A DNA stretch of 64,000 nucleotides, from NCBI GenBank assembly GCA_963713045.1, contig CAVQKE010000005.1:288001-352000 (forward strand). Reading direction: 5' to 3'. Of the stretch, positions 58,450 to 64,000 are shown one piece after another. The first letter of the stretch is position 1. Each line of letters starts with the position of its first letter. Source of the DNA: an uncultured delta proteobacterium. GTDB lineage: Bacteria; Myxococcota; Myxococcia; Myxococcales; Myxococcaceae. The notes beneath the pieces are model-generated. The model made no database searches. It was not told where the DNA came from and saw only the letters and a program-made list of their open reading frames with translations. Position numbers and translations under genes: made by a program.

Positions 58450-59385
58450 CTACCCCTTGCCCACGGCGGCGAGGGCCTTCTCAAGAGAGGCGACATCCTC
58501 CACATTCAGCACCTCCAGCTGACGGCTGGTACTTCGCACCAGTCCACTCAGCACGCGGCCGGGGCCAAGCTCCACCATCCGCGTCACCCCGGCGGCCGCC
58601 ATCGCCTGGACGGACTGCACCCACCGCACCGGCGCCGTCACCTGCTGGAGGAGCAGTGGCACCACCCGGCTGGTGTCCGTGTTGGGCCTGGCCTCGACGT
58701 TGGTCACCACCGGGACGCGCACCGCACCCACCCGCACCGTGGCGAGGATGTCCTTGAGCCGTGGCACCACCGGCGCCATCAGCGCGCAGTGGAAGGGCGC
58801 TGAGACATTGAGGGGCACCACCCGCTTGGCCCCGGCTTCTTTGAAGTGCGGAGCCGCCCGCTCCACCGCCCGCGCGTGTCCCGCCACCACCGTCTGTTCC
58901 GGGGTGTTGTAGTTGGCCGGCGCCAGGACATCCTCGCCGGCCAGCTGCTGGCACAAGGCCGTCACCCGCGCGGCGTCCAGGCCGAGGACGGCGGCCATCG
59001 CCCCCTCTCCCTTGGGGACAGCTTCCTGCATGAAGCGGCCCCGCGCCCGCACCGCCCGCGCCGCGTCCGCCAACCCGAGGGCGCCGGCGGCAACCAGCGC
59101 TGAATACTCTCCCAAGGAATGCCCGGCCAGATGGCTCGGCCCCTCCGCCCGGGCCGCCCACACCGCATGCGCCGCCAAGCTGACGGCGAGAATGGCGGGC
59201 TGGGTGTTGGCGGTGAGGGTCAGCGCGTCCGCTGGGCCGTCGAAGCACAGCCCAGAGAGGGATTCGGAGAGGGCATCGTCGACGGCAGCAAACACCGCGC
59301 GGGCCTCGGGGAAGGCTTTGGCCAGCGCTTGCCCCATCCCCACCGCCTGAGAGCCCTGGCCCGGGAAAAGAAAGGCTGTGGACAT
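58450..59385 (-). CDS. fabD: Malonyl-CoA:ACP transacylase
   Basis: Motifs 'FPGQGSQ', 'GHSLGE' and 'VSAPFH'. Confidence 0.96.
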   Translation of the reverse strand: MSTAFLFPGQGSQAVGMGQALAKAFPEARAVFAAVDDALSESLSGLCFDGPADALTLTANTQPAILAVSLAAHAVWAARAEGPSHLAGHSLGEYSALVAAGALGLADAARAVRARGRFMQEAVPKGEGAMAAVLGLDAARVTALCQQLAGEDVLAPANYNTPEQTVVAGHARAVERAAPHFKEAGAKRVVPLNVSAPFHCALMAPVVPRLKDILATVRVGAVRVPVVTNVEARPNTDTSRVVPLLLQQVTAPVRWVQSVQAMAAAGVTRMVELGPGRVLSGLVRSTSRQLEVLNVEDVASLEKALAAVGKG

Positions 59386-59399
59386 GGCCGCGCTTCCTC

Positions 59400-60383
59400 T
59401 TACCAGCGCACCACAGCGCTGCCCCAGGCCATGCCGGCACCGATGGCCATCAACGCAAGAATGTCTCCCGGCTGCAGCCGGCCGGCGCGGTTGGCCTCGT
59501 CCAGGGTAATCGGCAAGGAAGCCGAGGACGTGTTGCCGTAGCGGGCAATGTTGAGCCAGCACTTCTCAATGGGAATGCCCAGCCTGTCCATGATGGATTC
59601 AATAATTCTCAGGTTCGCCTGGTGGGCGATGACGTGGTCGACGTCGTCGACGGACATGCCGTTGGCCGTCAGCGCCTCCAGCACCGCGTCGGGCATGGCC
59701 CGGACGGCGTACTTGTAAATCTCGCGTCCCTGCATCGCGACCTTGTTCAGCTTCTTCTGCAGCACTTCCTCAGACTGCGGGTATTTGCTTCCCCCGCCTG
59801 GGATGCAGAGGGTGTTGGCGGCTGAGCCGTCGGTGTGCAGATGGACGGACAGCAGCCCACGGTTGGGGTCGTCGGACGGGCCCACCACCATCGCCCCGGC
59901 CGCATCCCCGAAGAGGACGCAGGTGTTGCGGTCCGTCCAGTCAATCAGCCGGCTCAGGAGCTCCACCCCCACCACCAGCGCGCGCTTGACCCTACCCGTC
60001 TGGATGAATTGGTCGGCGACCGCCAGGGCGTAGAGGCTGCCGGCGCAGGCGGCCGAGACGTCAAAGGCGAAGGCGTGCTTCGCGCCCAGCTTGTGCTGGA
60101 CGAAGGCTGCACAGGACGGCATCGGCATGTCCGGGGAAATGGTGCCGACGACAATCATCTCCACTTCATCCGCCCGGGTATGGGCCATCTCCAAGGCCCG
60201 CACCGAGGCTTTGACGGCCATGTCGGACGTTAACTCCCCGTCGGCTGCAATCCGGCGCTCGCGGATGCCGGTCCGCTCGGTAATCCAGCTGTCCGAGGTG
60301 GCGACCATCCTCTCCAGCTGGTGGTTGTCGAGAACCTTTTCCGGGGCGTAGCCCCCGGTCCCGAGAATCCGCGTCCGAAACAC
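59400..60383 (-). CDS. fabH: 3-oxoacyl-ACP synthase III
   Basis: Motifs 'WITERTGIRERR', 'AACAG', 'HQANLRI' and 'GNTSSAS'. Confidence 0.96.
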   Translation of the reverse strand: MFRTRILGTGGYAPEKVLDNHQLERMVATSDSWITERTGIRERRIAADGELTSDMAVKASVRALEMAHTRADEVEMIVVGTISPDMPMPSCAAFVQHKLGAKHAFAFDVSAACAGSLYALAVADQFIQTGRVKRALVVGVELLSRLIDWTDRNTCVLFGDAAGAMVVGPSDDPNRGLLSVHLHTDGSAANTLCIPGGGSKYPQSEEVLQKKLNKVAMQGREIYKYAVRAMPDAVLEALTANGMSVDDVDHVIAHQANLRIIESIMDRLGIPIEKCWLNIARYGNTSSASLPITLDEANRAGRLQPGDILALMAIGAGMAWGSAVVRW

Positions 60384-60428
60384 CGTCGTTCCTTTCCTGA
60401 AAGCAGTCCCTGCCCAACTCTCGTACCC

Positions 60429-61481
60429 TCAAAAGGGCTCTGGTGTCTTCCCTTTCGCCTTGACGGCCCGCGTCGGAAGCCACCCACGCGCCTGGGCAAT
60501 GGCCGACGCCAGCTTGCCTTCCAAATCCGCCTCCACTGTCCGGCGTGCCACGCGTAGCGCCGAAGCAATGGCGCGCGGGCTGGAACGGCCGTGGGCCACC
60601 ACGGCCGTTCCGGCAATGCCCAACAATGGCACCCCGCCCACTTCCGAAGCGTCGACCAGACGCCCCAGCCCAGCCAAGGTGGGACGCAGCAGCAGGCCCC
60701 CCAACCTGGACGGCAAATGCGCCTGGTGCACAGCCTGTTGCAGCAGCCCAGTCAGCCCAGCGGCCACACCTTCGGAGGCCTTCAGCACGGCGTTACCGGT
60801 GAAGCCGTCCGTCACCAGCACGTCGAAGGCCCCGCTGAATAAGTCCTTCCCTTCGCCGTAGCCGCGAAAGTCCAGCGCACTTTGCTTGAGGAGGGCCAGC
60901 GCGCCGCGCGTCAGCGGCGTCCCCTTGCTTTCCTCCTCGCCGTTGCTGAGGACGGCGACGCGCGGGCTGGTGACGCCGTGGCAGGCGTGCACGTAGGCCG
61001 CGCCCAGCACGGCGAATTGGGCCAGCTGCCCCACCCGGCATTCGGCGTTGGCCCCGACGTCCAGAAGAAGGCAGCGGCCGGTGGCGCCGAGGGCCGGGAA
61101 GAGGGCGGCCAGGGCCGGGCGTTCCACCCCGGGCAGCCGTCCCAGCACCGCCAGGGCGGCGGCCATCGCCGCACCGGAATGGCCGGCAGTGACGACGGCG
61201 TCCGCCTGCTTGGCACGCACCAATTCGAAGCACACCCGCACCGAGGCGTCGCGCTTGGCGCGGACGGCGGCCAGGGCAAACTCCTCCATGCCCACCACTT
61301 GGGAGGCGGGGTGCAGGCGCAGGTTGGCTGGAAGCTTGGGCGGAAGGAAGGGCCGGACCCGGACCTCCTCACCCACCAGCACCAGGGTGACGTCCGGGTG
61401 TGCGGCGGCGAAGTGGAGCGCGCCGGCGACGACGGTGGCGGGGGCTGCATCGCCGCCCATCGCGTCGAGGGCCAGGCGCAC
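60429..61481 (-). CDS. plsX: Phosphate acyltransferase PlsX
   Basis: Motifs 'LDAMGGD', 'LDVGAN', 'NGEEESKG', 'DGFTGN' and 'AHGRS'. Confidence 0.96.
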   Translation of the reverse strand: MRLALDAMGGDAAPATVVAGALHFAAAHPDVTLVLVGEEVRVRPFLPPKLPANLRLHPASQVVGMEEFALAAVRAKRDASVRVCFELVRAKQADAVVTAGHSGAAMAAALAVLGRLPGVERPALAALFPALGATGRCLLLDVGANAECRVGQLAQFAVLGAAYVHACHGVTSPRVAVLSNGEEESKGTPLTRGALALLKQSALDFRGYGEGKDLFSGAFDVLVTDGFTGNAVLKASEGVAAGLTGLLQQAVHQAHLPSRLGGLLLRPTLAGLGRLVDASEVGGVPLLGIAGTAVVAHGRSSPRAIASALRVARRTVEADLEGKLASAIAQARGWLPTRAVKAKGKTPEPF

Positions 61482-61664
61482 CTAGTCGACCTTGACGACC
61501 TCACGGCCCTTGTAAAAGCCACAGGCCGGGCAAGCGCGGTGCGGCAGCACCGGCTCCTTGCATTGGGGGCAGGCAATGACTTGCACCGCCACTTTGAGGT
61601 TGCTGTTCGCGGCGCGTCGACGGTTGCGCCGCGTCTTGGAAGTCCGCTTCTTGGGAACGCCCAT
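61482..61664 (-). CDS. rpmF: 50S ribosomal protein L32
   Basis: 'MGVPKKRTSKTRRNRRRA' followed by a CxxC...CxxC zinc ribbon. Confidence 0.96.
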   Translation of the reverse strand: MGVPKKRTSKTRRNRRRAANSNLKVAVQVIACPQCKEPVLPHRACPACGFYKGREVVKVD

Positions 61665-61681
61665 GGTGTTTTCCAGCTTTC

Positions 61682-62254
61682 CTAATTCAGCTTGATGTCT
61701 TTGAGGACCGCCAGTCGCGGGTCCACCCGCTTGCTTTCACAGCCGCAAGCCGCCTCGTTCAAATTCTGGCCGCACATGCCGCACAGCCCGCGGCAGTCCT
61801 CGCGGCAAACCACCTGCATGGGCAGCGCCAGCAATACCTGCTCGCGCACAATGGGGTCCAGGTCAATCTGCTTGCCGTGGTAGGTGTCCAAGTCCGCCTG
61901 GGCCAATTCAAAGCTTCCGCTCGACTCGGCCTCGCTGCCCTCGGCGTCCTCGCTGTCCGTCCGATGCTCTCTCTGCGCCGAGGCGGGGACTAGGTTCAGC
62001 GTGAAGCGCACCGGCACCGTCAGCTGGACGTCCGCCGCGCAGCGCTTGCACGGTGCCGACACCGGCAGCTCCGCCTGCCCCTCCAAAAGCACCCCGCCGG
62101 ACGTCCGCACCAGCTTCGCTTCCAGCGAAGAAGCCCCCTCGGCGTGAAAGCCCTCGCGGACCGCGTCGGCGAGGACCGCGGCCAGAAAGGCCTGGGCGAG
62201 GGGCTGGGTGAGGGTGAGGCCTCCCTCGCGAATCTGCTCGACTTGGACAACCAT
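61682..62254 (-). CDS. YceD/DUF177-family protein
   Basis: Motifs 'CKRC', 'EQVLLALP..CREDCRGLC..CG.NLN' and 'DPRLAVL'; upstream of rpmF. Confidence 0.93.
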   Translation of the reverse strand: MVVQVEQIREGGLTLTQPLAQAFLAAVLADAVREGFHAEGASSLEAKLVRTSGGVLLEGQAELPVSAPCKRCAADVQLTVPVRFTLNLVPASAQREHRTDSEDAEGSEAESSGSFELAQADLDTYHGKQIDLDPIVREQVLLALPMQVVCREDCRGLCGMCGQNLNEAACGCESKRVDPRLAVLKDIKLN

Positions 62255-62478
62255 GCGGGACCGCCACCGGGGGGGAACACCCCTGGCGGAAAAGGGCGCG
62301 CAACTTAGGCGCGGCAGGGGCCTGCTGTCAACGCGTGGCCGTAACGCCTCTGAGGACGCTGTGACACCAAAGCGTCACCGGCTCAGTGGGAGGGGTCTGC
62401 TAGGTGTCTCTCGCCATCCCTCCAGGCAGGGGAGACCGTCCCCCGCCTTACCGTCCTTCCCGGGAAGTGAGAGCGCCT

Positions 62479-63171
62479 GTGTCACGGATTCTCATCGTCG
62501 AGGACGAGCAGGACCTGGCCCACCTGCTCACCTACAACCTGACCGCCGCGGGGTTTGAGACGGAAGTCACCCACACCGGGGCCGCCGCGCTGGCCAAGGC
62601 CAAAAGCTTCAAGCCAGAATTGGTGCTGTTGGACTTGATGCTGCCCGACTTGCCGGGCAGCGAAGTCCTCCGCCTGGTGAAGGAAGACCCCAACCTTCGA
62701 CGCACGGCCGTGGTGATGGTGACCGCCAAGGGCCAGGAGCAGGACCGCGTCCAAGGCCTGGAAATGGGGGCCGATGACTACGTGGTGAAGCCCTTCAGCG
62801 TGCGCGAATTAATTCTGCGGGTGAAGGCCGTGCTGCGCCGGATGGCCAGCGACTCGGAGGGTTCCAGCGCCCTGGCGGCCGGCAGCATTCAGCTGGACCC
62901 GGCCCGGCATGAAGTGCGTGTGGCCGACGAAGAAGTCGCCCTCACCGCACTGGAATTCCGGCTTCTGAAGACGCTTCTGGAACGGCCAGGCCGGGTGCAG
63001 ACGCGCGAAGTCCTCCTCTCGGACGTCTGGGGCATTGAAGCGGAAATCACCACCCGCACCGTCGACACCCACATCAAGCGGCTTCGTGAGAAGCTGGGGC
63101 CGGCGGGAGAGATTATCGAGACGGTGCGAGGAGTCGGCTACAAGTTGGCCAGCCCCGACCGCGAGGCGTGA
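62479..63171 (+). CDS. OmpR/PhoB-family response regulator (PhoB/PhoP-like)
   Basis: Motifs 'ILIVEDE', 'LDLMLP', 'GADDYVVKPFS', 'RTVDTHIKRLREKLG' and 'ETVRGVGY'. Confidence 0.93.
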   Translation: MSRILIVEDEQDLAHLLTYNLTAAGFETEVTHTGAAALAKAKSFKPELVLLDLMLPDLPGSEVLRLVKEDPNLRRTAVVMVTAKGQEQDRVQGLEMGADDYVVKPFSVRELILRVKAVLRRMASDSEGSSALAAGSIQLDPARHEVRVADEEVALTALEFRLLKTLLERPGRVQTREVLLSDVWGIEAEITTRTVDTHIKRLREKLGPAGEIIETVRGVGYKLASPDREA

Positions 63172-64000
63172 CAGCGGTCGGTGCGGCGAAGCGCGGCGGG
63201 CGGGTCGTCCTGGTGGCCCTCTGCCCGGCAGTGGCCGCTGGGCTGGTGTGCGCATTCATCGCCGGGCCCCGGGCCGCCCTGCTGGTGGCCGGCGTCGCCG
63301 GCGTCGCCGGCGCGGTGGTGGCCTGGGCGATGGAGGCCGACAACGCCCGCGCCCTGAAGGCGACCGCAGCCCAGGCCGCAGTGCGGGAACGGACGTCTGG
63401 CGTAGAAAGGGACGCGGCCCAGTACACCGAGCGGGTCCTGGCGGCGGCGATGGAAGGCATCGCCGACGGCGTGTGGATTACCGACGCCAGCGGCGCCGTG
63501 GTTCGGCACAACGCGGCCCTGCGCCGGCTGCTGGACGCCGGGGAGGACGTGGTGGGCAAGCGCCCGCTGTTTCTGGTGCGCAAGGGAGAGCTGCACGAGG
63601 CGGTGTTGCGCGCCTGCGAGGGGGGCGCCGCCTCGGTGGTGCAGGTGGTGATGGAGGGTCCGCGGCCCCGCGTCCTGGAAGTGCAGGTCGCGCCGTTGGG
63701 TGGGGGCCTTCCGGGAAGCGCCGCTGTCTTTCGAGACGTCACCGAATTGAAGCGCCTGGAAAGGGTGCGCCAGGACTTCGTGGCCAACGTGTCGCATGAG
63801 CTTCGCACCCCCATCGCGGCCATCCTCGGCTACGCCGAGACGCTGCAGTCCGGCGCCCTGGCCGACACGACGCACGGGCCACAGATGGTGGACATCATCC
63901 ACCGTCAGTCCGAACGGCTGAGCGAGTTGGTGACGGACTTACTTGAATTGTCGAGACTGGACGCTGGCGAGCGGCCGCTGCACGTGGCTTCGGTGGCCGT
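63168..64000 (+). CDS. PhoR-like PAS sensor histidine kinase (truncated by window edge)
   Basis: GTG overlaps the regulator stop. TM segments, a PAS-like region and H-box 'QDFVANVSHELRTP' follow. Confidence 0.9.
   Translation, partial: MTAVGAAKRGGRVVLVALCPAVAAGLVCAFIAGPRAALLVAGVAGVAGAVVAWAMEADNARALKATAAQAAVRERTSGVERDAAQYTERVLAAAMEGIADGVWITDASGAVVRHNAALRRLLDAGEDVVGKRPLFLVRKGELHEAVLRACEGGAASVVQVVMEGPRPRVLEVQVAPLGGGLPGSAAVFRDVTELKRLERVRQDFVANVSHELRTPIAAILGYAETLQSGALADTTHGPQMVDIIHRQSERLSELVTDLLELSRLDAGERPLHVASVA

Noticed and set aside
62360..62377. GTGAC-N8-GTCAC inverted repeat upstream of the PhoB-like gene as a Pho or CRP box
   Set aside because: It is too short, and the spacing matches neither the 11-bp direct-repeat Pho box nor TGTGA-N6-TCACA.

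Overview
High-GC bacterial DNA whose gene content and order look myxobacterial (Myxococcota-like). This is inferred from the eukaryotic-type Ser/Thr kinases, the FHA-domain sigma54 activator, the MCP-less che cluster and the asnS-che-nusB-rib-glyA-fab-phoBR order. It has two halves. (1) About 1-36.3 kb is an accessory patchwork: a glycosyltransferase trio, a MocR regulator, three Ser/Thr kinases with different C-terminal modules, katG with a frameshifted Fur/PerR-type regulator, an RND/cytochrome c/rhodanese-thioredoxin cluster, several gene fragments and two internal duplications. (2) About 36.3-64 kb is housekeeping: asnS, a ferritin-like gene, an ABC exporter, cheY-cheA-cheW-cheW-cheY, nusB, riboflavin genes, nrdR, glyA, the fab/plsX/rpmF cluster and a PhoB/PhoR-like pair. 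The most striking structure is at 24.7-33.4 kb. A divergent membrane TPR Ser/Thr kinase and FHA-sigma54 activator pair is flanked by two copies of a ~460 bp module: the activator 3' end, twin palindromic UAS, a -24/-12 sigma54 promoter, an RBS and a 41-aa leader. Each copy is fused to a different, unrelated secreted cargo protein, and the whole block is bracketed by a second ~450 bp direct repeat. I found no rRNA, intact tRNA, CRISPR array, transposase or integrase gene. All family assignments come from motif recognition by eye; no database search was run.
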